Positions 28,085-38,045 of a stretch of DNA of 64,000 nucleotides are shown in pieces (position 1 is the stretch's first letter; every line of letters begins with the position of its first letter). The stretch is from NCBI GenBank assembly GCA_963667465.2, contig CAXXDN010000002.1:1568001-1632000 (forward strand). Reading direction: 5' to 3'. The notes below the pieces were generated by a model. That model did no database searches, had not been told where the DNA came from, and was given only the letters and a program-made list of their open reading frames with translations. This DNA is from Dehalococcoidia bacterium. GTDB lineage: Bacteria > Chloroflexota > Dehalococcoidia > UBA2979. A program made the translations under genes and the position numbers.

Positions 28085-28882
28085 CTAGGTAAAGAGGAGC
28101 TGCTCGAGCCAGCCCTCGGACGAGGCGGCCACGAGCGCGATCAGCGTCGTCGCCTGGGCGATCTCGATTGCCGCGCCGTGCGTGTCGCCCGTCACGCCGT
28201 GGAGCATCCTCGCGGCGGCAGCGGAGAGGATCAGCGCGCCCGCGAATGCAACGAGCGGCAGGACCAGCCCTCCCGCGCCGAACAGCGCGAACGCGGCGGC
28301 GAAGGCGATTGCGGCGGAGAGCGGGGCCGCCAGCGGCCAGGCGCCCTGCCGCAGCGCGTAGCCCAGCCCTCGAGGCCGCGCCGGCGGGAACAGCACGACG
28401 ATCGGCGCCACGGACCAGCGCGCCAGCGCCGGCGCGAGCACCAGCCCGGCGGTGCGAATCTCGCCATCGAGGGCAGCGAGCGCGGACCACTGCACGATCA
28501 GCACGATCACCAGCGCCATCACGCCCGCGGGGCCCACGTTGCCGGCGCTCATCACGCCGAGGCGCTGCGCACGATCGCCTTGCAGCGCCATGCCGTCGGC
28601 GGTGTCGGCGACGCCGTCGAGGTGCAGACCAGCGCTGATCACCGCGAGGAAGGCGATCAGTACCGCCGAGACGACGCCCACCGGCAGCAGCTCGCCGAGC
28701 AGTGAATCGATCAGGGCCAGGCACAGGCCGATCAGCAGTCCGATCGCCGGATACCAGCCGAGCGCCCGTCCGAAGCTGCGGTCGTCCCAGGTCCGCACGG
28801 CGCGCAGCCGCAGCGGCGTGATGAACTCGAGGGCGATCAAAAGCGCAGCGAGTTGCGCACGCAGTTCCGCGAAGGCGCCCAT
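28085..28882 (-). CDS. cobS: Adenosylcobinamide-GDP ribazoletransferase
   Basis: GLHLDGVADTADG, GVTGDTHGA. Confidence 0.95.
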   Translation of the reverse strand: MGAFAELRAQLAALLIALEFITPLRLRAVRTWDDRSFGRALGWYPAIGLLIGLCLALIDSLLGELLPVGVVSAVLIAFLAVISAGLHLDGVADTADGMALQGDRAQRLGVMSAGNVGPAGVMALVIVLIVQWSALAALDGEIRTAGLVLAPALARWSVAPIVVLFPPARPRGLGYALRQGAWPLAAPLSAAIAFAAAFALFGAGGLVLPLVAFAGALILSAAAARMLHGVTGDTHGAAIEIAQATTLIALVAASSEGWLEQLLFT

Positions 28883-28925
28883 CAATCCCTCCTGACCTGC
28901 CCGGCTCCTGACCCTACCCGGCTCC

Positions 28926-30047
28926 TCAGCCGCGCGGCGGGGTGTCCGATACCCCAGCCTCGCCGAAGGTCGCCATCTCGTCGAGCACGCGGCAGGCGGC
29001 GACGCAGAGCGAGATGCCAAGCGCGGCGCCGCTCCCCTCACCAAGCCGCAGCCCGAGGTCCAGCAGCGGCTCGGCCTCGAGCGCCTCCAGCACCACCGCG
29101 TGTCCGGGCTCGGGCGAGCGGTGCGAGGCGACGATGTAGTCTCGCACCCCCGGCGCGATCACGGCAGCGACCAGCGCGGCGGCGCCCGAGATCAGGCCGT
29201 CCATCAGCGCGGGGATCCGCGCCGCCGCCGCGCCGAGGTAGACCCCGGCCAGCACGCCGATCTCGTGCCCGCCGAGCGCCGCGAGCAGCGCCACGCCGTC
29301 CGCGCGGTCCGGGCGATTCGCGGCGAGCGCGGCCTCGACGGCCGCGATCTTCGCCCGCAGCGCCGCGCCCTTGACGCCGCTGCCACGCCCGGTCACGGAG
29401 TCGGGAGGCCGTTCGGTCGCGGCCGCGATCAACGCGGCGGCGGCGGTGCTGTTGCCGATGCCCATCTCGCCGCAGCCGACGATGTCGAGCCCCGGCCCCG
29501 CGCACTCCTCCTCGACCAGTGCGATACCGGCGGCAATCGCTCGCTCGGCGGTCTCCCTGCTCATCGCCGGGCCCTCAGTGATGTCGCCGCTGCCGCGCGG
29601 CAGGTCGAGGCACGCGAGCGCCGGGCTGCCGGACCGCTCACGCTCTCCGGCCTCCCTCTCGCCCTCGACCGCGCGCAACACGCCGGCATCGACAATGCGC
29701 ACGTGCGCCCCGGCGTGATCGGCGAGCACGTTGATCGCCGCGCCCCCCGCGAGGAAGTTCGCGACCATCTGCGCCGTCACCTCGGGCGGATAGGCGGAGA
29801 CGCCTCGGGCGGCAACCCCGTGGTCGGCGGCCGCCACCACTACGAGCCGCTGATCGAGCCGCGGGCGTGCGCAGCCGCGCATCCCGGCGATGCGCACTGC
29901 GAGCTCCTCGAGGCGTCCGAGCGCGCCCGGCGGCTTCGTGAGGCGGTCCTGGCGGGCGCGCGCCTCGGCCGCAGCCCGGGCAGCGGGGGGCGCGATCGCG
30001 GCGGCGGCGGCGGCGATCGCGGCGGCGGGGTCGGATCGAGACGGCAT
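28926..30047 (-). CDS. cobT: Nicotinate-nucleotide-dimethylbenzimidazole phosphoribosyltransferase
   Basis: TKPPGALGRLE, ADHGV, GEMGIGNST, LRLGEGSGA. Confidence 0.97.
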   Translation of the reverse strand: MPSRSDPAAAIAAAAAAIAPPAARAAAEARARQDRLTKPPGALGRLEELAVRIAGMRGCARPRLDQRLVVVAAADHGVAARGVSAYPPEVTAQMVANFLAGGAAINVLADHAGAHVRIVDAGVLRAVEGEREAGERERSGSPALACLDLPRGSGDITEGPAMSRETAERAIAAGIALVEEECAGPGLDIVGCGEMGIGNSTAAAALIAAATERPPDSVTGRGSGVKGAALRAKIAAVEAALAANRPDRADGVALLAALGGHEIGVLAGVYLGAAAARIPALMDGLISGAAALVAAVIAPGVRDYIVASHRSPEPGHAVVLEALEAEPLLDLGLRLGEGSGAALGISLCVAACRVLDEMATFGEAGVSDTPPRG

Positions 30048-30149
30048 TGGCGCTCCAGGGCGCACGCCAGCCGGGGGCGTCCGGCGGTCCGGCGCAGTAT
30101 GCCGTCCGGGCCTCGTAGAGGGCTATCGCGTTCGATTATGGCGACCAAC

Positions 30150-30232
30150 TTGTGCGAAATCGCACGATTTCGGCGGATCATCCCGGAATTCGATTGTGAA
30201 ATACTTGACAAACGAGGATCGGGCCCTATGAT
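30150..30232 (+). promoter_or_regulatory. Sigma70 promoter overlapped by Rex-like operators
   Basis: TTGACA (30205) N16 TATGAT (30227); TTGTGAA-ATAC-TTGACAA (30194-30211) and TTGTGCG-AAAT-CGCACGA (30150-30167). Confidence 0.65.
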
Positions 30233-30295
30233 CCGCCCGTCACAAGCCAAGACAAATGGCTTGTGACGGGGCGCATTGGCACTCAGCCGCCACGT

Positions 30296-30432
30296 GCCCT
30301 GCCGAATTCCCGCAGCTGCGGGGACCGGGGGAACCACCCACTGGGGTTAACCCTCAGCACGGAGCCTACTCCTTGCGAGGGCGGGTCAGCTGGATCGACC
30401 CGAACCCGTCAGCTAACCCCGGAGGCAAGGCG
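30296..30432 (+). ncRNA. c-di-AMP (ydaO/yuaA) riboswitch
   Basis: GCCGAAT...GGACCGGGGGAACC...TGGGGTTAA...CCCGAACCCGTCAGCTAACCCCGGAGGC consensus blocks. Confidence 0.92.
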
Positions 30433-30513
30433 ATCCAGTCTCGGCCGGAGGGATTCCGGCAAGCGCCCGCCGTTGCATCGCACGCAGCGCCGGGTCGAGG
30501 CAGGGGCTGGACC

Positions 30514-30726
30514 ATGATCACGACTGCGCCTCCCAAGCAGTGCCCTCGCTGCAGCGGCCTGATGATCACCGAGGACGACTGGTACGGGAAGTTCGCAAGC
30601 TGCATCGCTTGCGGCCACGTCCACGAGACCGAGGTTGCCGATCCTCAGGAGCTGCTCGAAGAGGAGCGGCTGGCCGCGGGCAAGCAGCGCCGCCGGCAGC
30701 CGTCCCACGGCAAGCTGCGCCTGTAG
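30514..30726 (+). CDS. 70-aa zinc-ribbon protein
   Basis: CPRC...CIACG; basic C-terminus; downstream of the riboswitch. Confidence 0.8.
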   Translation: MITTAPPKQCPRCSGLMITEDDWYGKFASCIACGHVHETEVADPQELLEEERLAAGKQRRRQPSHGKLRL

Positions 30727-30801
30727 GCACTCCGAGGACCCAGCGCCTCACGCACTCTCACCGGCTCCACGCGGGCCGGTGAGCCGTCGTGTCGTTCGCG
30801 G

Positions 30802-32415
30802 CTAGCGGGCCGCCACCTGGCCGTGGTGCAGCAGCCAATACTCGTACGAGTCCTGCAGCGCCAGCCATGACGCCTCGACCACGTCCGTGGAGGCGCCAAC
30901 GGTGCGCCAGAGGCGCACGCCGTCGGTAGACTCGATGAGCACGCGCACGGCGGCGTCCGCGCCGCCGTCGGGGTTGATGATCCGCACCTTGTAGTCCACG
31001 AGGTGCACGCGCTCAAGGTCCGGGAAGGACTCCAGCAGCGCGCGCCGGACCGCGGCATCGAGGGCCGAGACGGGCCCGTTGCCGTCGGCGGCGGTCTGGC
31101 TCAGCGTCTCCCCGACCTGCACCTTCACCATCGCCTCGGCCAGCATCTCGTTCTCGCCCTCGCCGCGCTCGTGGTGGCGGCGCTCGACGACAAGGAAGTC
31201 CTCGAGGCTGAAGGGCGCCCGGTAGCCGCCGATCGCGCGGCGCACCAGCAGCTCGAAGGAGGCCTCGGCGGACTCGTACTGGAAGCCCTTCGCCTCCTGC
31301 TCCTTCACCTGCTCGGCGAGATCGCGCGCCTGCGCGTCGCTCAGCTCGATGTCGACGCTGTCCTCGGCCAGCTTGGCGACGATGTTGCGCCGTCCCGACA
31401 GCTCGGAGACGAGCACGCGCTCGATGTTGCCGACCGCTCCGGGATCGACGTGCGTGTAGGACCCGGCGGACTTGGTGATCGCCGCGACGTGCAGCCCCGC
31501 CTTGTGCGCGAACGCGCTGGTCCCGACGTAAGGCTGCTGCGGGTTCGGCGCCAGGTTCGCCAGATCCGAGGCGAAGTGCGCGAGGTCCGTCAGCCGTTCG
31601 AGCTGCTCGTCGCTGACCACGTCGAGGCCGAGCTTGAGCTTGAGGTTGGCGATCACGGAGATGATGTTCGCGTTGCCGCAGCGCTCGCCCCAGCCGTTGA
31701 GGCAAGCCTGCACCTGCGTCGCGCCCGCCTGCACGGCGAGCAGCGTGTTCGCCACCGCGAGGTCGGCGTCGTTATGCACGTGAATGCCGATCGCGCAGTC
31801 GACCGCGCGCAGCGCCTCGCCGACGCCCGCGACGACCGCGCCGGGCATCGAACCACCGTTGGTGTCGCAGAGCGTGACGGTGCCGGCGCCCGCGCCGGCA
31901 GCCGCGCGCAGCGTGGCGATCGCGTAGCGCGGATCGTCGGCGTAGCCGTCGAAGAAATGCTCGGCGTCGAAGACCACCTCGCGGCCCTGCTCGACGAGCA
32001 GGCGCACGGAGTCGGCGATCATCGCCAGGTTCTCCTCCTCGGTGGTTTCGAGGACTTCGCGGACCTGTACAGCGGACGACTTGCCGACGAGCGTGACGGC
32101 GGGCGTCTCGCTCTCCAGCACGGCGAGCAGCGCCGGATCGCTGGCCGCATCGCCGCCGGCGCGCCGCGTCGAGCCGAAGGCGACGAGCTTCGCATTCTGG
32201 AGCGGGGTCTCGCGCATGCGCTCGAAGAACTCGGCGTCCTTCGGGTTGGAGCCGGGGTAGCCGCCCTCGACGTAGTCAACGCCGATCTCGTCGAGCCGCC
32301 GGGCGATCGCGATCTTGTCCTCGACGGAGAGGGAGAGGCCCTCCATGCCGAGGCCGTCGCGGAGTGTGGTGTCGTAGAGGCGCACGCCCTGTGGGGCGGC
32401 CGGAGAGCTGCTCAT
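30802..32415 (-). CDS. cimA: Citramalate synthase
   Basis: YDTTLRDG, EGGYPGSNPKD, DAEHFFDGY, SAFAHKAGLH, LVDYKVRI, WRTVG. Confidence 0.93.
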   Translation of the reverse strand: MSSSPAAPQGVRLYDTTLRDGLGMEGLSLSVEDKIAIARRLDEIGVDYVEGGYPGSNPKDAEFFERMRETPLQNAKLVAFGSTRRAGGDAASDPALLAVLESETPAVTLVGKSSAVQVREVLETTEEENLAMIADSVRLLVEQGREVVFDAEHFFDGYADDPRYAIATLRAAAGAGAGTVTLCDTNGGSMPGAVVAGVGEALRAVDCAIGIHVHNDADLAVANTLLAVQAGATQVQACLNGWGERCGNANIISVIANLKLKLGLDVVSDEQLERLTDLAHFASDLANLAPNPQQPYVGTSAFAHKAGLHVAAITKSAGSYTHVDPGAVGNIERVLVSELSGRRNIVAKLAEDSVDIELSDAQARDLAEQVKEQEAKGFQYESAEASFELLVRRAIGGYRAPFSLEDFLVVERRHHERGEGENEMLAEAMVKVQVGETLSQTAADGNGPVSALDAAVRRALLESFPDLERVHLVDYKVRIINPDGGADAAVRVLIESTDGVRLWRTVGASTDVVEASWLALQDSYEYWLLHHGQVAAR

Positions 32416-32511
32416 GGTCTATCGCCGTTCCGTGCTGGCGCGCTCATCGATCGTCGGGCGTGCGGAAGCTGTCTCGCAGGCCATGAGCGCCGTGGAGTGG
32501 GTTGGGATGCG

Positions 32512-32598
32512 CTAGCCGCGCGCGATGATCGACGCCGCCGGCCTCGATGGCCGGACGGCGCGCCTCGCCTTCCTGCGTGCAGTCGCAGCGTGCGTCAT
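32512..32598 (-). promoter_or_regulatory. Putative Ile leader peptide of cimA (MTHAATARRKARRAVRPSRPAASIIARG)
   Basis: TACAAT 7 nt before ATG; tandem Ile codons near the stop; C-rich tract follows. Confidence 0.5.
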
Positions 32599-32708
32599 GG
32601 CGATCATTGTATGCGGCGGCGGCGGGTTGAGGCCAGACGAGGCGCTGAGGACGCCTCGATACCGAGTTGCGGGTCCGAGTGTGCTCAATGTCGTATCGTG
32701 ACTCGCTC

Positions 32709-33332
32709 ATGTTGGTCTTTATCGACGAATCTGGTGACGTCGGCCGGAAGATCGATCGCGGATCGAGTGACTTCTTCGTCCTCGCCGTCGTGATGTTCGA
32801 AGATCACGGCGAGGCCTCCCAGTGCACGCAGGACATCGAGAACCTGGCTGAGGAGTTGGGGCGCGGATCGCGCGAGTTCAAGTTCTCGAAGGACTCGCAC
32901 GCCACACGCATCAGCTTCCTCGATGCAGTCAAGTCATACGGATTCACGTACCGAGTGTTCGTGCTCAACAAGGATCCAGGGAAGCTCTATGGCCCCGGCT
33001 TCAACTCCAAGGACTCGCTCTACAAGTGGGTGTGCGGCACAGCTCTCAAGGACGTTTCGGCCGGGTGGCGCGATGCGATCGTGATGCTGGACCGAAGCGG
33101 TGAGCGGACGTTCCAGCGGCAGCTCAAGAGTTACTTGCAACGAGAAGTGCGGACCCTTCACGGATCGGGCCGAATCAAGAAGGTCAAGGCAAACGACTCC
33201 CGGTCCGACAGGCTGCTGCAACTGGCGGATTATGTCGCAGGCGTGATGAACCGCCGTGCCCAGGGCAAGAAGTGGGCCGACGTGTACTTCGAGCGGATCA
33301 GTGGCCGTGGTGTGACAAGGCGCTGGCCTTGA
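32709..33332 (+). CDS. DUF3800 domain protein (RNase H-like)
   Basis: VFIDESG, EFKF, LLQLADYVAG; codon usage differs from flanks. Confidence 0.9.
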   Translation: MLVFIDESGDVGRKIDRGSSDFFVLAVVMFEDHGEASQCTQDIENLAEELGRGSREFKFSKDSHATRISFLDAVKSYGFTYRVFVLNKDPGKLYGPGFNSKDSLYKWVCGTALKDVSAGWRDAIVMLDRSGERTFQRQLKSYLQREVRTLHGSGRIKKVKANDSRSDRLLQLADYVAGVMNRRAQGKKWADVYFERISGRGVTRRWP

Positions 33333-33346
33333 GCCACCAATAGCAA

Positions 33347-33440
33347 CGCCCCCGCTGAGCGGGGGCGACGGGCGGATTCCTATCCCCGAAGGGAAAGCCT
33401 CTGCCATCCGGCGGCAGTTCGGGCTCCTGCCCGGTTTTCC
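33347..33440. ncRNA. Candidate DUF3800-associated structured RNA
   Basis: Hairpin 33347-33367, then multistem element 33369-33433 directly after the DUF3800 stop. Confidence 0.55.
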
Positions 33441-33472
33441 AGAGAGGATCGTCTACTACAGCACCCCGGCCG

Positions 33473-34579
33473 TCAACCCTGTACTGACCCCGCCAGCCGC
33501 TCCAGCACCGCCTCCGCCATCTCGCGGGTGCCGAGCGCGTCCTCACCTGCGGCGGCGATGTCGGCGGTGCGCAGGCCGTCGCCGATCGCCGCGGCGACCG
33601 CGGCCTCCAGCGCCTGCGCCTCCGCCTCGAGGCCGCACGAGTGCCGCAGCAGCAGCGCCGTGCAGAGGAACATTGCCAGCGGGTTCGCGACGCCCTGGCC
33701 GGCGATGTCCGGCGCGCTGCCATGGATCGGCTCGTAGAGCCCGCGCCCGCGCCCGTCCTCGCGCACTTCGCCGAGCGAGGCCGAGGGCAGCATGCCCAGC
33801 GACCCCGCGAGCATCGAGGCCTCGTCCGTGAGGATATCGCCGAAGAGGTTGCTGGTGATCACCACGTCGAAGTCCGCGGGACGGCGGATCAGGTGCATCG
33901 CTGCCGCGTCGACGAGCACGTGTTCCAGCTCGACGTCCGGGTACTCGGGCCGCACCTCCTCGACCACCTCGCGCCAGAGCCGCGAGGTTTCGAGGATGTT
34001 CGCCTTGTCCACGCTCGTCACGCGGCCGCGCCGCCCCCGCGCGAGCTGGAACCCGAGGTGCGCGACGCGGGCGATCTCGTCCTCGTTGTAGGTCATCGAG
34101 TCGACCGCCGCGCGGCGGCCGTCGATCGTGCGCCGCTCCTGCGGCCGGCCGAAGTAGATGCCGCTCGTCAGCTCGCGGATCACGAGGATGTCGACGCCGC
34201 GCAGCACCTCCGGCTTGAGCGTCGAGCTGTCGATCAGCGCCGGGTCGACCGTGACCGGGCGCAGGTTCGCCCAGAGGCCGAGCGAGGAGCGCAGCGCGAG
34301 CAGGCCCTGCTCCGGACGCACGCTGGCGCGCGGGTCGTCCCACTTCGGGCCGCCGACGGCGCCCCAGAGCACAGCGTCGGCGCGCTCGGCCGCCTCGATC
34401 GTCTCGGGCAGGATCGCGCTGCCGTGCGCGTCGATGCAGGCGCCGCCGACCAGTTCCTCGCTGGTACGGAAGTCGTGGCCGAAGCGCGAGCCGATCGCTT
34501 CGAGGGCGCGCACGCCCTCGGCGGTTACCTCCGGCCCGATGCCGTCGCCCGGCAGTACGAGGATGTCGAATACGGCCAC
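33473..34579 (-). CDS. leuB: 3-isopropylmalate dehydrogenase
   Basis: [41 protein letters not shown]. Confidence 0.98.
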   Translation of the reverse strand: MAVFDILVLPGDGIGPEVTAEGVRALEAIGSRFGHDFRTSEELVGGACIDAHGSAILPETIEAAERADAVLWGAVGGPKWDDPRASVRPEQGLLALRSSLGLWANLRPVTVDPALIDSSTLKPEVLRGVDILVIRELTSGIYFGRPQERRTIDGRRAAVDSMTYNEDEIARVAHLGFQLARGRRGRVTSVDKANILETSRLWREVVEEVRPEYPDVELEHVLVDAAAMHLIRRPADFDVVITSNLFGDILTDEASMLAGSLGMLPSASLGEVREDGRGRGLYEPIHGSAPDIAGQGVANPLAMFLCTALLLRHSCGLEAEAQALEAAVAAAIGDGLRTADIAAAGEDALGTREMAEAVLERLAGSVQG

Positions 34580-34628
34580 GCTGGCCTCCTTGCGCGCGGG
34601 CGGAGTGTAGCGCGGGGCGGGCTAGCGT

Positions 34629-35534
34629 CTATCGCCCGGCCCGACGCTCGGCCCGTGCCGCCGCGGCCGCCCGCGCGGCGATGCGGCGAACGCCTGCGCG
34701 GCGCGGCTCGCCGCCGCCGATGTCGCCGCCGAAACGCACCAGCCACAGCGGCAGCATACTGACGTAGAACTCCACGCGGCGGCGCATGTCCGGGTCGAGG
34801 CTCGCCGGACCCTCGTACGCTCTGACCACGCGCTCGGCGAAGCCGCGCGGGCAGGTCGCAAGCAGCGCCGCGAGGTCGTACGCCGGGTCGGCGATCATCA
34901 CTTCGGTCCAGTCGATGATGCCGGCGAGGCGGCCCTCCGTTTCGGCGAGCAGGTGCACGCAACCGAGGTCGCCGTGCACGAGCGCGCGCGAGGCGTCGCG
35001 CGACCCGCCGCCCTCGATGAATGTAGCGAAGCGGCGCTCAAGCCACGCCCGCCCACGAGGCCCGAGGTGCGGCAGGCAGGCCTCCACCATCGGGCGGTAC
35101 AGTTCCTCGCCGAGGTCGATATCGGGCACGCCGAGCGCGCGCGCCTCCCCGGAGGGCGTCGCGTGCAGCGCGGTGAGCGCGGCGCCAACCTCGCGCGCGA
35201 GTGTCGCCCGCGCCGCGCGGCCCAGGGCGCCGACGGTGACGCCCTCGATGTAGTCGTAGGAGACGGCACGCACGCGCCCGTCGTCACCGAGGAGGGCCCC
35301 GGCGTTGGCCGGCGCGGGGACGCCGCGGGCGGCGAGCAGGGCGAGCAGCGCGGGCTCGCGCGCGTAGCCTGCCTCCAGCTCCCAGTCGTAGGCGAACGGC
35401 TTGAGCACACGGACCGTGCGGTCCCCGAGGCGGTACGCCGTCGCGCCCCAGCCTTCGCCGATGACGCGCGCGCTCGCGGGGTCGGCGCCGGAAACGGCGC
35501 GGGCGAGGACGGCGGCGAGATCCTGCGCGGTCAG
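34629..35534 (-). CDS. Aminoglycoside-phosphotransferase (APH/choline kinase) family protein
   Basis: IGEGW, LVHGDLG...L, GIIDW, DPAYDL; probable CTG start overlapping leuD stop. Confidence 0.8.
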   Translation of the reverse strand: MTAQDLAAVLARAVSGADPASARVIGEGWGATAYRLGDRTVRVLKPFAYDWELEAGYAREPALLALLAARGVPAPANAGALLGDDGRVRAVSYDYIEGVTVGALGRAARATLAREVGAALTALHATPSGEARALGVPDIDLGEELYRPMVEACLPHLGPRGRAWLERRFATFIEGGGSRDASRALVHGDLGCVHLLAETEGRLAGIIDWTEVMIADPAYDLAALLATCPRGFAERVVRAYEGPASLDPDMRRRVEFYVSMLPLWLVRFGGDIGGGEPRRAGVRRIAARAAAAARAERRAGR

Positions 35535-36127
35535 TCCGCCGTCACCGTGGGCAGCAGCGGTGATCGCGTCTGCTCGAACGCCGCGACATCGGCCTCGTAC
35601 TCGAGCGTCATCCCGATGTCGTCGAGGCCGCGCAGCAGGCGGTACTTGCGGAAGGCGTCGATCTCGAACGTGCGCTCCCAGCCGGGGCCGGCGCGCACCG
35701 TCTGCGTCTCGAGGTCCACCTCGATCTCCGCGTCGGGCGTCTCCTCGGCGCGCGCTATGAGCCAGTCGACATCCTCCTGCGCCAGCTCGACGGTGAGGAC
35801 GCCGCCCTGGAAGCAGTTGTTCTTGAAGATATCGGCGAAGGTGGGCGCGATCAGCGCACTCACGCCGAGGCCCTGGATCGCCCACACGGCGTGCTCGCGG
35901 CTGGATCCGGAGCCGAGGTTCTGCTGCGCGATCAGGATCGGCGCGCCCTCGTAGGCCGGGTTGTTGAGCACGAAGTCCGGGTCGGCGCGCCAGGCCTCGA
36001 AGGCGAACGGGCCGTAGCCGGTGCGCTCGATCCGCTTGAGGTACTTCGCGGGGATGATCTGGTCGGTGTCAACGTTGGCGCGGTTGAGCGGGATGGCTTT
36101 ACCGACGACACGGCTGATCGGGTCCAT
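35531..36127 (-). CDS. leuD: 3-isopropylmalate dehydratase small subunit
   Basis: NVDTDQIIP, GSGSSREHAVWA, GLDDIGMTL. Confidence 0.97.
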   Translation of the reverse strand: MDPISRVVGKAIPLNRANVDTDQIIPAKYLKRIERTGYGPFAFEAWRADPDFVLNNPAYEGAPILIAQQNLGSGSSREHAVWAIQGLGVSALIAPTFADIFKNNCFQGGVLTVELAQEDVDWLIARAEETPDAEIEVDLETQTVRAGPGWERTFEIDAFRKYRLLRGLDDIGMTLEYEADVAAFEQTRSPLLPTVTAD

Positions 36128-37581
36128 CAGGCCAGCTCCCTCACATCCACGAAGCGTCCGGCGATCGCCGCCGCCGCCGCCATCGGCGGGCTCACCAGGT
36201 GCGTGCGGCCGCCCGGGCCCTGCCGGCCCTCGAAGTTGCGGTTGGAGGTGGAGGCGCAGCGCTCGCCCGGCAGCAGGATGTCGGGGTTCATGCCAAGGCA
36301 CATCGAGCAGCCGGCGTCGCGCCACTCGAAGCCCGCCGCCGTGAAGATCGCGTCGAGGCCTTCCTGCTCGGCCTGCGCCTTCACGAGGCCGGAGCCGGGC
36401 ACAACCATCGCATGCACACTCGAGGCGACCTGCTTGCCCTCGACGATGCTCGCCGCGGCGCGCAGGTCGTCGATGCGCGCGTTCGTGCAGGAGCCGAGGA
36501 AGACTCGGTCGATCGCGATCTCGCGGATCGGCGTGCCGGCCGCGAGGTCCATGTACTCCAGCGCGCGCGTCGCCGCCTCGCGGCGGGCCGGCTCCTCGAA
36601 GCTCGAGGGGTCCGGCACGACGTCGCCGATCTGCACGCTCTGACCGGGGTTCGTGCCCCAGGTGACGAAGGGTTCGATCGCCGCGCCGTCGAGGACCACC
36701 TCGCGGTCGAAGCGCGCGCCCTCGTCGGTGGGCAGGGTGCGCCAGTACTCGACGGCCTGCTCCCAGGCCTCGCCCTGCGGGGCGCGGGGGCGGCCCTTCA
36801 CGTACTCGAAGGTGGTCTCGTCCGGGGCGATCAGGCCTGCGCGCGCGCCGCCCTCGATCGACATGTTGCAGACCGTCATGCGGCCGTCCATCGAGAGGCT
36901 GCGAATCACCTCGCCGCGGTACTCGATGACGTAGCCGACGCCCCCGTCGACTCCGATCTTGTTGATGATCGCGAGGATCACGTCTTTCGCCATGACGCCG
37001 GGGCCAAGCTCGCCCGTGACCTCGACAGACATCGTCATCGGGCGCGACTGGCGCAGCGTCTGCGTCGCCAGCACGTGCTCGACCTCGGAAGTGCCGATGC
37101 CGAAGGCGAGCGCGCCGAAGGCGCCGTGCGTGGAGGTGTGGCTATCGCCGCAGACGATGGTCAGGCCGGGCTGGGTCACGCCCTGCTCCGGCCCGATCAC
37201 GTGCACGATCCCCTGGCGCGTGTCGAAGATCCCGTAGAGCGGCAGGCCGAACTCGCGGCAGTTGTCCGACAGCACCTGGATCTGCGTCGCCGAGAGCGGG
37301 TCCGGGTTCGGCTGGTCCCGCCCGATGGTCGGCACGTTGTGGTCGACGGTGGCGAGCGTCAGGTCCGGCCGGCGCACCGTTCGGCCGCTCAGGCGCAGCC
37401 CCTCGAACGCCTGCGGCGAGGTCACCTCGTGCACGAGGTGCAGGTCGATGTAGAGCAGTTCGGCTTGCGGACCGGCGTCCGCCTCCGCGCCGAGCGCCTC
37501 GCGGCGAGCGGCGTCGGCCAGCGGGCTCTCGACGACGTGCGCGTCCCAGATCTTCTCGGACAGCGTGCGCGGTGTCGTCAT
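36127..37581 (-). CDS. leuC: 3-isopropylmalate dehydratase large subunit
   Basis: [40 protein letters not shown]. Confidence 0.98.
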   Translation of the reverse strand: MTTPRTLSEKIWDAHVVESPLADAARREALGAEADAGPQAELLYIDLHLVHEVTSPQAFEGLRLSGRTVRRPDLTLATVDHNVPTIGRDQPNPDPLSATQIQVLSDNCREFGLPLYGIFDTRQGIVHVIGPEQGVTQPGLTIVCGDSHTSTHGAFGALAFGIGTSEVEHVLATQTLRQSRPMTMSVEVTGELGPGVMAKDVILAIINKIGVDGGVGYVIEYRGEVIRSLSMDGRMTVCNMSIEGGARAGLIAPDETTFEYVKGRPRAPQGEAWEQAVEYWRTLPTDEGARFDREVVLDGAAIEPFVTWGTNPGQSVQIGDVVPDPSSFEEPARREAATRALEYMDLAAGTPIREIAIDRVFLGSCTNARIDDLRAAASIVEGKQVASSVHAMVVPGSGLVKAQAEQEGLDAIFTAAGFEWRDAGCSMCLGMNPDILLPGERCASTSNRNFEGRQGPGGRTHLVSPPMAAAAAIAGRFVDVRELA

Positions 37582-37751
37582 CGGTGCTCCCATCTCGTGC
37601 AGCGCCGCCTATTGTACGATGCCGGCGCTTGACTGCCGCAGCGGGCGGGCGAGGACGAGTACGCTTCCTGAAGCGCTGACGGGCGCCCAGGCTTGGCCCG
37701 CCCGCCCCGGACCACAGGCAGCGCTCAGAGCGCATGCCGAAGGAGCCGCGC

Positions 37752-38045
37752 ATGGACGCGATGATCCCCCCTATCGTCGTCGAGCCCCGCGAGGGCTGGT
37801 GCATCTGGCTGCGCTTCGAGGACGGCACGGAGGGCGAAATTGATCTCTCGGACGTTGCCCTCCAGGGCGTATTCGCCGCGTGGAGTGATCGCGCGTTCTT
37901 CGAGTCGGTCCACCTCACCCCACACGGCTCGGTCGCCTGGAGCGAGGAGCTCGATCTGTGCGCGGACGCGCTCTACCTTGAGCTCACCGGCAAGTCCGCC
38001 GAGGAAGTAATGCCGGGCCTGCGAGCGCTGGAGGCCGGTGCCTGA
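37752..38045 (+). CDS. DUF2442 domain protein (putative antitoxin)
   Basis: LRFEDGTEGEIDL, GVF, VAW...LDLCADALY. Confidence 0.85.
   Translation: MDAMIPPIVVEPREGWCIWLRFEDGTEGEIDLSDVALQGVFAAWSDRAFFESVHLTPHGSVAWSEELDLCADALYLELTGKSAEEVMPGLRALEAGA

Noticed and set aside
30048-30240. Cobalamin riboswitch upstream of cobT
   Set aside because: No B12-box seen; the only aptamer is c-di-AMP type on the opposite strand
32620-32670. Possible orphan leuB 3' end beyond the DUF3800 cassette
   Set aside because: Similarity too weak; better explained as a short hairpin CGAGGCG/CGCCTCG
33450-33476. Minus-strand promoter for the DUF3800-adjacent RNA
   Set aside because: TTGACG is present but there is no convincing -10 at 16-18 bp
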